Source: Tubiluchus corallicola
Lineage: Eukaryota; Animalia; Priapulida
Direction of reading: 5' to 3'
Length of the DNA stretch: 64,000 bases
Assembly: GCA_030141605.1 (NCBI GenBank)
Contig: JAQGDQ010000540.1
Span: forward strand, 1-64,000
The stretch's first letter is position 1. The number at the start of each line of letters is the position of its first letter. The translations under genes were made by a program, and so were the position numbers. The notes beneath the pieces were generated by a model. The model worked only from the letters and a program-made list of their open reading frames with translations. It was not told the DNA's origin and ran no database searches. Shown piece by piece: positions 14,101-28,895 of the stretch.

Positions 14101-15280
14101 ATCGAGGTGCAGAGCAGTAGGTTGTGTGCTTTCTGTTTCCCCGTTAAACACTAAAATATTAAAAATAACTACGGAAAGGTGCATTGAAAATGGTTTAACT
14201 GCGTCACAGCTCACCCATAAAAAGCATTAATCGCAAACAGGGAATGTGCAGTTTGATCGATCTAATAGAAAATTAACAGGTGAGTATGGCATTCTTGATT
14301 GACTTTACTTAAGAAGGCATGCGTAACAATTGAAAGATTAATACTAGCCGATTTTCTACCAATGGTTTGAGATACCTTTTTACGAAGGCTAAAAATTCGT
14401 CGGTATATGGGGCTTAATAACATTAGGTTAATGTCGAAACACTCCAAAACTACAGCGGTTCTGCGTTCAAGTTGCACTTGAGGTTTTTTAACTTGGTTAC
14501 TATATAGCACTTATAGGTACGAAGTTACAGAAACTTCAGTAACGTGCATAAGTCGCCTGTCGTCTTTACATTAATTTGATGAATTGTCGATTGTTCATTG
14601 AAAATGTTAAATTATACGATACAGGATATTATAATTAGCAGCTTAGTCAATAGTCATTGTGGAACGAAATCAATAATGGAAAACATTTCATCAGATGTAG
14701 TGCAACAAAATTATGGAGCTCGTTTACCAGTCGTAGTAAATGTTAATACGATATTTATTATTTAAATATTCTGTCAGGCAATGCTTTCTTTCTTGCAACT
14801 ATATACAAACTAGGTCCAACTCATTTTACCTGTGTGACACAGCTGTGCTTTTGAGTAGAATACTGGGTGTTTTTTGAACTCGCTGAGCGGAATCTTCCGG
14901 AGCCACCCTTCCTTCCTGAGATCTCTTTTAACCATCACTTCTCCCCCTCCCCCATCTGCATTGTTCTTATGCAGAACACTGTTTACAAACCGGTTTTTTG
15001 CTTAATTATTGGCCTTATTTTTGGCTTCTAATGTCAGGATTTCTGAGCGAAACAATGCTTTAATAGCAAAATTCACGGTTTCTGATTAAACTGAAGTTTT
15101 TTGGAGCGGACAGAACGTTTGCTCTCAAAAACATGCATTTCTCAAATTATTGGAGGTTTGGCCTGCCATAGGGAATTACAAATTTTCTTATAAAGCCATG
15201 ATGCATTTAAAAACACAAGGGAAGTAAAACGTAGCTGTTTACAAATATTAAATTCGGGAATTTCAGAGGCCTATACATAT

Positions 15281-15552
15281 TGTCGCGAAATGAGGCCCTT
15301 TGCGACCTAGAGGGTACAAGGGACACAATTCATGAGAAAGAAAGTCAGGATTAGATATGATGAGCCGACGAGGTCTATAATCGCGGCGTGTGAACAGCAA
15401 AGCTAATGAAATGAGTGCTTAGGCACAACAACTCTTTATTAAGAATTGCGTAACACGGAATTAAACTAACTAAGCAGCATTTACACACAACGCGATGACA
15501 TGGGTGAGCGGGACTAGCGGGAGTCTGAAGAAGTGACTGCCCTCTCAGGACA
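15281..15552 (-). mobile_element. Probable solo LTR
   Basis: Begins TGTCGCGA and ends TCAGGACA (TGTC...GACA); GC-richer than flanks; TTTATT (minus-strand AATAAA) at about 15435; flanks ATAT/AAAT are only an imperfect TSD. Confidence 0.5.
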
Positions 15553-16799
15553 AAATTTGGTTATTTTCGTGACAAATAATTCTGTTTTAAAATTTCGAAC
15601 TTTAAGACGTCAAACTTCAAAACTTTCTCACGTGCCGCACCACCATGTTACTGTTTAAACGTTTCTTCTACGGTAAATTGTTTTCTAAGTTTTTTTTCGG
15701 TTAATAATAATTGCTGCTATGAAATTTGGTTCAGTAAAACCGCATAGGCTCCTTTACAATTTTAGCACGTATTCATCAATGAATGTAAAAAAGTTTTATA
15801 AGTTTATACAGACATGTTTGCAAAGAAAAAACACCACTCTCTTCGAATTATTTAAAACGTTAGAAAATGTACTTGCATTTTTTACCAATAATTTTTAGTA
15901 AATTTTATTTATATAATTTCCTATTACGTGTATATTGTTTTATATATGATATTTTTGTTGTTATATGGTCCGTTGTTACAGTTGTTTCAAAATCAGGCCA
16001 GGGTAACTTTGAAAAGTTTTAGGGTAAATTTCTTCAGGGCACTTGCGAAATTTTCTCCGGTACGCCTATACATGATGACCACAGGAATAACACCGGTTAT
16101 ACAATAACAAACTAAACACTGAACATTGCACAAGTAATGGCTACACTTCCGCTGTCCAGCATACGACTTAGGGCAAACTTTGCCAGAATACCGATGGCGA
16201 GGGCTTTAGAGAGATTAGGAGAAACCAGATCTGCAGGTACAATTAGGGACAATTAGTTAATTTTAATAGAAGAACCTGCAGAAAAATGAAGGTCATCGGA
16301 CGATACGTCATGAAGTTGGAAGCTCATGGAGAAAGAAGTGATTCATGAAAGGCGAAAATATCGAGACTCAGAACATTTTCCTAAAGTTTCTGGAATTAAA
16401 AAAATGACATTCTAGTCTGCTTTTAACCCTAGCGAAAGCAAAATTTAAAACCATTTTGGCTGTTTTCAAAGTGTGAGGTAGAGAGTTTAAAATTACCATG
16501 TTATGCAGCTTCGTTGGTGGTAAAAATAAATTTTGTGTCAAGAAAACGACACTTTGTGTCAAGAAAATGCGCGCACAAACACTTGCGTGATTTAAGAAGT
16601 TCCGCGGTGGTACATTTTTTGTTTGCCTTATTAGGCAGGTATTATGGTTAAAGGAACTCTTAAGCTCCTCTTTGCGCATTTTACTGTTTTAATCTATTGG
16701 CCTGCTCGACGCAGATTCGTGAAAAGCGAGACGAAAAGCGTTTACATAGAATACAATTCATGCAAAATGATGTTGTAAATTAATTATTATAATCTTAGT

Positions 16800-16920
16800 C
16801 ATTATCATTATCATTATCATTACCGTTACCATTATCATTATCATTATCATTATCATTATCATTATCATTATCATTATCATTATCATTATCATTATCATTA
16901 TCATTATCATTATCATTACC

Positions 16921-16950
<30 letters not shown>
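16800..16950. repeat. (ATCATT)n hexanucleotide microsatellite
   Basis: about 24 units, with a few ACCATT variants. Confidence 0.97.
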
Positions 16951-16954
<4 letters not shown>

Positions 16955-19900
16955 ATGATGTTACTAACCTCCAGTTAATTAAATTTTATTACCAAACTTG
17001 AAAGATAGGAAATATGAAATACAGGTTGGACTTGAACAAGTGACCTTCTGTTTACATTTTAAAGGTCTTAGACCACTAAGGCACCGCATTTCCTAGTGAT
17101 CAAGACACTCCAAAAGTTCATTCTTATAACTGGCCAACCAAATACAGTATTTCCTGCTTCAATGATTTTTGTCTGACTGACTGACGTACTAACTTGTCTA
17201 GTTCACATAAAGCCTTACCATTAGCCTTACTTTTTGTATCTCATAATAAGAATCAAACATAAGACCACTAAACAAACGTGTTTATTAACCCTAACATAAA
17301 TATTCAGTTTAAATTCATAGATGTTATTGTAAGCGTGCACGTTGTTCTGGACTGTAAGGGATAATGTAAAATGTATCATTAACTATGTGTGACTCACGAA
17401 ACAGTTTGAGAACTTTGAGTCCTTCAAAATGAGAAATTACAATGACCAGACAAAAGAAGGGTTGCAACAGGAAGTTTGTAAGTTGCATTTCCATTATTAT
17501 GCAAAGTGCTGCTAAAGTAGCGCATAATTTAGATGATACCTGCTATCTTATGAATCGGCTGGATGTCTTGCCTTGCTTAAGAAACCCGTGTGATTTTCTA
17601 AGTTTCAGAATAGGAGTCTTGAATATGAAGTTAATTTTCTGGAAGCGCCTAAGGACTCTTTTGTGTACCTTCTTATTTTATTTTTCTCATTGTACGTTGT
17701 GGTGCTGTGCTACACTGCTGGGGAGTTTAATGGGCAGCTTAATCGTTAACAAGATGCAGTCTGAGCTTTCAGATTCAGTCTGAGGTGCACTTGTTATTTT
17801 ATGAAGTTTTTTTGTGACATTTAATATCGGCTTACTAAGTGCTAATCATGTAATATGCGTCTGAGTCAAGATCAAAATAAACAAATATGAGCGTAAACAA
17901 ACAGGCGTTGTTGTTTTCCTCAAGAAACACTTAGCTACTTGAGTTAGTTGTGGATTCTGACTACTGAGAACACATGAGGTTTGTTAGTTTGTTAATTAAT
18001 TAACAATTATAATATTTTAAAATCTTTTTCACATTTCTGATCATGTTTTAATGTCAGATAGTCGCATTTGCTTGCTAAAGGAAGGAAAAACCAAGTTTAA
18101 AAAAAGAAATGAGTGTAATGATTTTTTTTATATTAAATTTTTTAAGCAAGAATTTCAACATAAGTTTATTTGTCATCATTACAATCAAAAGGTTGAATTA
18201 CAGTACAGCATAAAATTACAAAATATAATTTTTTTAAAAGAATAAGAAAGTAGAACATAGAATGTTGTGGATTATAATGACATAATGAGGTAGTGCGGAT
18301 ATAGATGGGTTTAGAGTTCATGCAATGGCGATATAAAGAGAATATAAAATGAAATGGAGCGAAACAGAGAAGAGATATTGAAAAGAGTGCTAGGCAATTT
18401 GGGAGGTGACGTTGAACATGAAGAGGCAAAGCAGGGCAAGACAGAGGATGGCAAAGCAGAGTAGGCTAGAGGACATCTGAGCAGGAAAAATTAGAGGGTC
18501 ATTAGCAGAGGGACACAGCTCTACTGCACGCTCTCTTACTGGTTATAATTCCAGCAAAAACAATATTTACAAACAATTATTTACATCTAATTCACAAAAA
18601 GTGTGGTTTGTTTTTATTGTTTTGCAAGGAATGTTTTCGCAGTGTATTTATGTATGACACTTCTTGCTGAAACTGACTGAAAAATGGCCACTGTTATGTA
18701 CATGGTAACACATTGTCAATAAAAAAAACATTAACTTATCGTAAACGCGCCCCAGAATCACTGAAGCGAGCCTTGGACCTACTATTTCTCAGTTCGGACA
18801 ATTATTGGGTAAAAAACTTGCGTAACTTCATTGCGCAAACGGGGTTTTAAGAAACATGGAAGTTTACCTGTTTTACCCGTAATCACCTGATATTGTATCA
18901 TTTATATCATTGGTGCCTTCTCATCATTGGCATCAATACATCAACGATACAATCCTTCTATTTGCAGGGAAGCTTATGATAAAAACACGTTAAAACAATG
19001 TTTATTTCATTAAACTTTTAAATAGGCGGCTGGCATAAGGTAATGAAATTCGCACAATTTGCTTTATTTTTACTTGATTTTAACTTACATTAAATTTAAT
19101 GTTTCACAAAAAAGACAAAAATTACTGTACGATTATTTACAACATTATTTTTTGGGTATTCTAATAGTTTTTCATGATAATTTCCTTTACAGTATGTATG
19201 AAAATTTTGCATTCATTAATGTTCTGTTCACTTATTATCTTTGTCAAGTTCATGGAAGGAATTTGCTATACGACAGATCCTAAGCATACAGCAAATGGCC
19301 AAACTTTGCATCTGGTACCGGGCCACATTGTATCGACTTTGCATACCTTCTTAATCTAGCATGTAAACTTTCCATGTTCTTTACTCCGTTAGTGTACAAT
19401 GTAAGGAGTTACATTTTTGCATGAAAATTTTGCTAGTTTTGTTGTTAAATGAAGTCATAAAATATTTATTTTCAACTTTTTAATCTTGGTAATTTCACAG
19501 AAGAATAAAGCAAGAAAGGATGGGTGTACAATGAGCTTACAGGAAGATGTGGACAAACCATCAGACGGGCAAGCTAAAAAAGATATTCAGGTTCAACCGT
19601 TTCTATATTCCATTATACAACTTTGTAATTTCTACATTATGCAACTAATTTCTTATAATTATGCAAAGTATTTGCTTTTTGTGTTGTGAAAAACTGCAGC
19701 TTCACACTTTGTTGAATTCTTTGTTACAAAAAAGTGCCAAATATGCACTTTTTTAATCTTGTATGAAATATCATTTTCACGTTGTATGAAAATTGCCATT
19801 TCATTTATGTACAACTGTGTTTCATCAGTCACAGTTGCTTTCCTATTTGAATGTTTAAATCATTATGAATGTTAGTCATTATTTGCAGAGACCTGCCATT

Positions 19901-20560
19901 GGACCTGTGTATTATGCATGGCTCTTTTGTTCCCCTCTTCGTCAATTTTTGGCTTTTTATGCTCCAATTAAAGTTTTTTAGTCGGTTTCAATTACGCGAA
20001 ATGTTTTTCAGTCAACGTCAACTATGGCTAATCACGGTGCAACAAAGCTGGTCTAAATTCGTCTGCTTAACAATGCGTCTATTTACTTCCTGTATAGCAA
20101 TGCACTTCTTGAGGTGGTAATAACCGTTATAAAGTTACGCGGCCATGGTTGAAATAGCCTACAGTGAAAGGGTTAGTGGTGAGCTCTGTTACTCAACCGA
20201 ATCATTGCAAAGACCCGGCTGCTTTTTTATTGGCAGTCACAATGACAGATGAGCGCGCTGAACAATTAGAGCATCCGTTGGTGGTGACAGAAAATCAGGT
20301 AGCAGGAAAAAATTCCAAAATCAATTTAGTACTTGTGACGTTTTGACTGACTGTTAAATAAAAACTGAAAAAAAACAAATTATATTTGGTTTTAGATGTT
20401 TTTAGATGGTTTTTGGTGTTAAACACATAGTGCTTCAGAAAACAGGTTTAGTTTTGTGTGAGACTTCTAGTAAACTGTTAAAAGTGGCACCAAAGCTCTG
20501 TTTTGGTCATGTGTAGGCCTAATCGAATTAGGCCTAAAGAGTCGGCTGTGGAATTGAAGC

Positions 20561-20783
20561 ATGAGCGCTGGAGAACTATCAAAGAAGCAAATTGTACTGG
20601 CGTCGGCAGTGACGACTGTTTTTGTGATGTTTGTTGTTTTGCAACACCATCGCCCAGCAGTACAAAACAGTACAACGGAACGTGGCAACGGCTCTTACGT
20701 CAAGCATCGTCGCCGCCTAAAATTGCTAAAGAAAAGTCAACTCAGTTTCACAGACATCGACAAAAAGTTCAATTATTCAGAAG
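20561..20783 (+). CDS. WSCD: WSCD-like coding exon 1 (cytosolic tail, TM anchor, stem)
   Basis: MSAGELSKKQIVLASAVTTVFVMFVVLQ...FNYSE; donor GAAG|GTGCGA, phase 1. Confidence 0.8.
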
Positions 20784-23700
20784 GTGCGAGTTTTACCTGT
20801 TTGCTTTATTATGTCATGTGTAATTATTTAATAAATACATCTATGACGATAATATATTATTACATTTGTTAGAGGCCTACTTTTGTAAAGCAGATGAGAA
20901 CATAGAAGTGATGATAGAACTGAAATTTGTAAAATTATCGTAAAACGCATAACCGTCGCGCGAGTATTATAATTATTATGAATTATGATGTAGTAAAATA
21001 TATTAGACTATAGGGTTTCAAGCTTTCAATTATGTAATTAGAATAAAATTCATAATCGTAATAATGAAAAAATTATGTTAGGTCTGTTTTCGTTTTCAAC
21101 CAATTTTCTAATGAGTGAGTTTGTTAAATAAATTAGTTTGATTTTTAATATCAGCATTATCACAAATATCTGAACAAATAACTATGGCCTAATATTTTTC
21201 TTGCGAAGTGATTGGTTACGATCGTAATCTGCTGCAATTTTACAGGATCCATTGACGTATTGAGACTTTTGTTATATACGTGACAAGATGTACCTATCAG
21301 CGAAAATTTCAAATGACCTAAAGCGACAGAGGAAGTCCAAACGTTTTAGTTGCTAGCCTAATTTCATTCTTGTCACGGCCCACAGAAATATGTGAACAGT
21401 GCTGCAAGGCTAGTGCCTCCAGTGCGTGATGTACTGTACATTTGTCGAAAAACTAAATAGAAGAAAGTTTGAAAATTTTAACGAGAACTTAGTATGTCGT
21501 GATGAATTGTGCTGACTTCTTGTGTTTTCACTATTTGTTTCGTAGTAATATACCACAGTTGGTATGTAAAGCTAACTAACACTCTTCTGCCAGAGACTGC
21601 CATGCAAGTCAACATGTAAGGCAGGGACATAGGTTTGCATCTTTTACGGTAAGCTGTGTCTTCAAATTAAGCCTGACAGAAAGCCTCATCAATCTCAGGA
21701 TAAATGCCCATAATAGTAAATTGCCTGATATTTTTTCAGTCTATTTGTAAAATGATAAAACGAAAACTACAACATAAAATTAAAAATATAGCACCAACTT
21801 CTGATGTTAACGACATTTTGTGATGTTAGTTACATCTACACTGCCTACACACGTTCCTAGCATGTTCAGATTAAACTCAATAAACTGTTTTGTGTATTGT
21901 TATAGCCCGGTTTTTGGGTTGTTTTAACGAGTCGAGACCATTTCGCTGGAAACTTGCAAACGATTTCAAACATAGTTTTGATGCCAAAGAAGTGGATCAT
22001 TTAACATGTGCAAAGAAATGTCAAACTATGTAAGTTTCTTTACAAAGCATGTTGAATTTGCTTGTGTTGTTAGCCGCATTTTTCTTGTCTTTTAAACGGC
22101 ATGTTGGCATCTGGGTGCCTGTGTACACTACATTTGCTCTGTTATAATTAATAGATTGTAAAGTAGAAAATGCCTACAAATACATATAGTTTCGTCGGTT
22201 CTTTTAAGTTGTAGATGTACTAGGATCTTTTCCAATAGCACACAATAAGTGGTAGTACAAAAGCTACGAAAGCTAATAAAAATGAGTCATAAATAGGCCT
22301 ATGAACTTCGTTCTTCCTAACCTTACTGGTTTCTCATTTTTACTGATTTAACTACTGAAATGACTTGTATAAACTCTCTCTATTTATATAGTAATTACAC
22401 CATATAGTACTCCTAATAATATTTATTGGCAAAAAGTACTGATAATTGATACTGATTACAAATTAAATACACAATCCATAAGCCTACAAAATTCTATTTC
22501 CAGTGAGGCCTCCAAAAATAAAAAAGACATCTTTTCTTAACTCGTGATACGTGTAAAATAAGTTATATGTTTCTTTATGTAAAAAACAACAACAATGATC
22601 ATTATTTTGCTGTTATTATTGCTGCTGTTGTCTCTATTACTATTTTCAAAAAGTTAATTTTAAGTCGCTTTTTACAGCAAAAATTCGCAATTTAACATTG
22701 AGGTGTAATGACTTTTGAGGTATCTAATAAAGTTTTACAGACAGATAAGCTGTAATATAAATAGGTATTAAATATATCTACTCATACGAGATACGAAAGG
22801 CTTAAAGAGCTCAGCGCTATATATTATAACATGTGTACCTGCTATACCTTATACAATAAACATTATATGGACTCATAGAGTATAGTGGGGTAATGTCGGC
22901 CAGCCTGTTTTATACTCAAATTAGGTCACGTGACCTAAGCTGGCTTTTATAGAATTAGAAAATGTTTATATAGTATTTATATTTGTGTAGTATTTATAAA
23001 TTATTAATGTAAATACAAGATAAATCACTGAAGAGATCTAAATTTAGGTGATGTTACCCACTATACCCTATTCAACATTTTTATTCGCATCCTTTTATGC
23101 AGAAAAGGAGTAAAATATGCTGCGGTTTCTTACTCGGACAAGCGATGTTTTTGCAGCCGGGAATTGAACTTGCACTACGTTACAAGAGGTTTTCCTAATT
23201 ACATTCCGTGCGCCGATTTTTGCAGATATCATCGACGAAGCTGTGCTGATGTTTTGCACAGATTCCTACTCAGCACATACATAGTTTTACCAACTATTCT
23301 TAAGAATGAAGGTAAGAAGGTATTCATTTCATTCGAAAGCTTTTATGCTCCCCAGTGGTTTATTTTGTTTTATCTCCAGAGCTTTTTTCGTTGTCTTTTG
23401 ATATTTCAAGATTTGTTCATTTTGCAGTATGAAGTGGCGTTTACGTAGCATTCAGATGCGTATGCGTTTCCATCTGCGAAATAATAGCAGAAAAATCAAT
23501 AGAAATAGCTGCAGAAAAAGAATAACGCATAGCAGGTTGCATAAACGGATGCATTGAAAACGCTATAAACCGATTTTATCTATTAAGCTCCTCCCAAACG
23601 CATACGCATCCAGATGCTACATAAACACCACTTGAGTCAGAAAGGCGTAATTCACATAACATTAATTGTGCTAGTGTGCGTGCGTGTATGTCGTAGATTC

Positions 23701-26700
23701 TGTATGGGGTAAAGAGAATTTTTAGACGCTTTAATTTGAGTGGCCTCCTCATAGCGGTTAGTTTAGGACATTTTGTTAAAAAAATCTTTAGAAATTTTCG
23801 TTAGTTTAGGCCCACTATTTCAGGCTGAACACATAAAAGCCAACTTGCTTTACGGTGTTATATTGTATTGTATTAGTACATGTTATTTATTTTATTTATT
23901 AGCACTTTTTATTTTTTACAATTATTTTATATGTATTGTATTTTTAATGATAACTGCACAATTACTGTATTATTATTTTGTGTGTATTGTATTTAATGTA
24001 TATTGAATATGTGTATAGGTAAGCATTACTTTTTGTATATAGGAAATTGAATCATAGTACAGGCAAGTTTAGAAATCGCCGTACTGCCCAAATCATAGAT
24101 CGGTATTTTAAGAAGTAATAAATAACTACACGTATAGATCACATATACCCATTCTTCAAACGCAGAAAGTTACAACGAAATAACTTGTTAACAACAATGG
24201 ACTACAAAGAAAGATTGCAATATAATGTCTGTAAAAAAAGTCGGACACCCGTGCAAGGTACAGAGTGAAGGAGTCTGTAGCCGCTGGCCAAATCGCAAAG
24301 AAATCTGTTTTACTTCATCTCCATCGACCGTGATGAAGTTCACTTGAAAAACAATGCTAGTTTGATAAGATTCTAATCATAAACCTATTTTTATTTTGAA
24401 AGGCGTTCGCGTTAATCTCGCGCAGTTTAATTACTTGAACTGTAACTTTGCGCTGTTAAGTGCTATTAAAGTTTACTGCCCTGTAACCCTATTTCAGTTG
24501 TTTCGTGTGACCATTTAATTGAGCTCGTAATTGTACACGTAGTAGATCAGTAAGCGCTGGTCTTACAAACTTTAACGAAATCAATCCACTTTAACCATGG
24601 AATTTTTATGGCGTCCTTGCTAGACGCAGTGGCTGTACAAAATGTCCTGTATAGAATATGATTCCAGTTTATTAACGAGAAAATTTGTTTTTCGTTTCGT
24701 TTGATTCTTAGCGAGTTAAAACATTAGTTTCGGACAGTATTAAATGTTTAACTTGTTAAATTAAAATTGAATATTTTACAGTTGCAGGCCTATATGTAGA
24801 TAGATAGTTAGTTATTCAGATATATGGCCAACAAATTACATACCGTATATAAATACACATACATAATTACATTTTATTATATGATATACATGCGCGAATA
24901 AATTTTGCTAAAGCACATTGAACTGTTATATGCTGTGATTGCATAAGATGTGTCAGTACATCATTATCAGTTAAATTACAAAACTCAGGAATACATTGAG
25001 TTACCGTATTTAACAAAAAATTACGTACAACTGTGTTTCTCACAGTAAAACAGAAAATGGTATTCATTCTCTAATATATTACATATTTCACACAAACAAT
25101 TTTCTCGTGGTATAGGTGGTTCATATAGGTGGTATTGCAAGGTTATGAGCACTTGTTCTGAGTTTTGGTAGATATAGATAATCTGCCTTTTCACAAACTT
25201 TTGTCGCCTAAACATTTTTGGTAAATAGTACGATGTTCAACGATTATAATTAGATTTCAATTTCGTTTTACAGTGAAGTGAGCGTTTTTCCGATTGATAC
25301 TTCCTAACGTTATCATTTTTGTTCCCAATTCAAATCACTTTTTATGTATTTCAGATAAAAGATGTGGATTGGTATCCACTGATCCACCTGGGACTCATCT
25401 ACTTGTAGCTTTAGCAAGTGCACCTGGAAGCGGTAACACGTGGGTGAGACACCTGATAGAGGTCGCTACGGGTATCGCTACCAGCAGCATTCACAAAGAT
25501 CCTGACCTGTTCCTAGGAGGTACGCTACTCGGCAGATAACGCAAATGTGCCAAATAGGCTTGTCTTTTTACCACAATAAGCCCAGCTAACACTGGCTTTA
25601 GCCAAATCATACTAATACTAATATTTAACTTGTAATAATAAAATGAACTGGGAAAATTCGAATTTACACACCTGGGCTTCAATGCCTGAATTAAAGGACA
25701 GAAAAGAGAACTTTTACATAAAGCTTAAAAGCATCGTGTTGAAATTTTATATTACTTATGCGCTGCTTTATTGTATATAAAGCTTGTATTAGCAGTAATG
25801 CTATAATATATGTGAAACTTAAACTTAAATTTAAACTCTCGTGATGACAGTTATGCCAAGGACCTTGGTTAGGGGCAGCTATTTTAACTATCAGTCGCAA
25901 GTAAGAAGTTTAAAAAAAGTTTAAATAGCAATGTTTAAAGTTAGAAAAAATAATCGGAGCGTTTGTGGCAAATGTTTCACTAACTAAGCAAAGTACGAAT
26001 TATTTAATCTTGTCATTAAAATTAATAATATGTTAATTATAATAATTAATAATATGGTACACATCGCCGGTGGCGTTTAGCATTAGCCGCGAACATTTTA
26101 AATTACTTAGAATTTTTTCCAGTTACAGATGTCTTTCATATAGATAAGCGCCGAGTAGTGTTAAGTAATGTATAACTTTTTATATAAAGTTCTTTTGGAC
26201 ATACTCTAAAATTCCCTTTTCTTGCCTTTTAAGCACGATGTATAGACCATGTCTCAACTTCCTGATTGCTGACTAAACAGACTCGTTGAATAAACTAGCT
26301 TGTATTGGAAAAACGAACAACAACCCAATTGCATGATTTGTGATTCCGATATTCACAACATAATAAAACGAAGAATAGAATATTTCTTCTTGATCCGCTA
26401 TTCGTCATTTGCATCGCGAAAAATGGACATCAATCAATTTCTTTTCAGTAATTACGCTATGACCATAGTATTAATAACTATACAAAAACTTGTTATGCGA
26501 ATCGAAACACAACTAGGCTAATTGTCATGTTTTTAAGTCAACGGTTTAACAATAATTATTACAAATTGCTTGGCTCTTGACTTTGTTAATCTTGTTTCAT
26601 TCAACACTGCAGTTCATAGTGCAGAATTGTGCTCCCATTTGCTACTTTTATTCAAGTTGTTTTCTTTTTGGGCTTTTATTCGAAAAATTATTTAACAAAA

Positions 26701-28813
26701 AAAACAATCACCATAATTAAAGGGAAAGCAACTACTTGATGAGACGGTACATTTCACGCTACGGAATTGCAGTATCTCGTGAAAGCTGTATTCGTCTTAA
26801 TAATGCATTAAGATAACAATTGTACTACTTTTGTTATGTAAAGGAATTATTTATCAGCGCTAGTTTAAGAAAACGTTTATCAAATATTTACTGCACGTAT
26901 TAAATTGTAAGGAGGTACACCCACAGTTATTTAATTTTTGAATTCAAATATGTTCAAGATAGGAAAGCAATACATCCAAAAAATACAGAATTATGAAAAA
27001 ATCGGAGCTAAAAATTAAGCCTGTATCTGAAAATGAGATCTTTAACGTGCAAGCCTTAGTTACTGGACTGTTCAAGTTATCGAGACAGATGTTAATACAA
27101 TCGTAATTTCTCAGCGTTCTAGCATTTCAAGTGTTAATATGTGCATAAATATTAAGCAAAAGCTAAATCTCTTAGGAAGTTGAGCTTATTCTAATATTTG
27201 AGAAAAATGTTAGAAAGAAGTTTCAGCAATGAAGTCGTGATAAACGCCTCTTGTACTTAATAATTTCAATTTAAAATCGCAATCACTTCACGCTTGGGTG
27301 CGCTCATTTTGGTGAAAAATGGCGACATCTGGTTACCGTGCAATATAAACAGTTATTCTACCGAGTGCTTCAGCAATCGTTTTTTGACTTATAGAGCGAA
27401 CTCTATAAACTTGCGGTACCTACTGTATGCTCGCAAGTTTACATGTGTACAGAAAGTCAACAAAAGTTTTTAAATTAATTACATTTACGCAATTAATGTA
27501 TACTACTTACACATTTTACGATATAATCCTGTGGGTCGAAGCTATGTAACCACTTTCTCTTAGTCATAATTAATTAAATGACTAATTTTTACATAAACTT
27601 TTACAGTTAAATACAACGTATAACTGAACTTCTGAGTGAACTGTAGAAATTTCTCAACGCGTACTTCGTCACAGCTTGCATTCACGCTGCCGAGCAGACA
27701 CCAGGTTACGTCATTTTTTTCAAATATGCCGGCAGCGACGTTCGTTTGGCGGGAAATAAAAAATATTTAAATTTCTTTTACATTTCTAAGCAAAGCATTC
27801 TATGCGCATATATTGTGGGGTGATATCAATATATTTAATTGTATATTAAAATGCATTAAATGTTGTCGAGGGTTGGTTTTTCCTTTAACTAAAATATAAT
27901 TATTTTTACATCATTGTCATTTATTTTCAAGAGTTGTGAGTGTTACAGAACTTGTAGAGTAGTGAGCAGGTTAAAAGTCAACTAAACAAGCTAGTATCGG
28001 TTATTAAAGGACCATATGAGTCTCCCTCCACCCTCGCTTACTATACTTAATGACGTAATACGGAAAAATAAACTAATAAATTAACTGTGTTACAAACGGA
28101 ATAGCTTAGTTATGACTAAACACAATTTCCAAGCACACCTGATCCAAGTATTACGTAATATATATATTTATGCGTAATATAAATTGTAATATAAGTTACA
28201 TCATAAGTGTGGCATTTTTTGTAAATGCAAATGCCTAATTATTGATTACGTTACATGCTGTTGTCCGATTATCTGGTAAACCTCAAAACGAACTGCAATA
28301 GCAACAAACTTGGAACCGGCTACCCTAGAAACAGCAACCTTGAATAATTTGTTTTACAAGTTTTTGTTTTTGTTTTCTGTACAAAGTAACAAATTTAACC
28401 AAATACTCGTGAAAAGAGTTGTTCTCATTACATGAATGCTTTCAAACGAAATTTGATCAAGGACAAACAGTATTAACGCTCGTTGAAAGTTAAACTGAAA
28501 AACAGTCTGCGTAAAATACGCGGAAGAGATTTTAATCGTTCCACCCAAACGAAACGAAGTGGTAAAGAATTAGGCAAAGCATGGGAACTCCATGTTCAAA
28601 GCAGAGTTGCTTGGGAGTTATGTAATGTAGGTCGGCTATTAGGTGCCACTAAGTGATGATGAATGACTAAGCACTGAATTACACCGTTTCCTGAAAGCAA
28701 TAACAATTTAACTCGCACAACATGAACTTACGCGATATCGGTGACCATTTATTAATCAAAACTTTATTTTACAAGGTTTTTTATTTTGTTGTTATTAATC
28801 TCACTACATTTAT

Positions 28814-28895
<82 letters not shown>

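Noticed and set aside
19501-19590. Possible upstream WSCD coding exon (MSLQEDVDKPSDGQAKKDIQ)
   Set aside because: Weak donor, and the nearest acceptors I checked (20470, 20516) give a stop or frameshift relative to the WSCD ORF; at most a 5' UTR exon.
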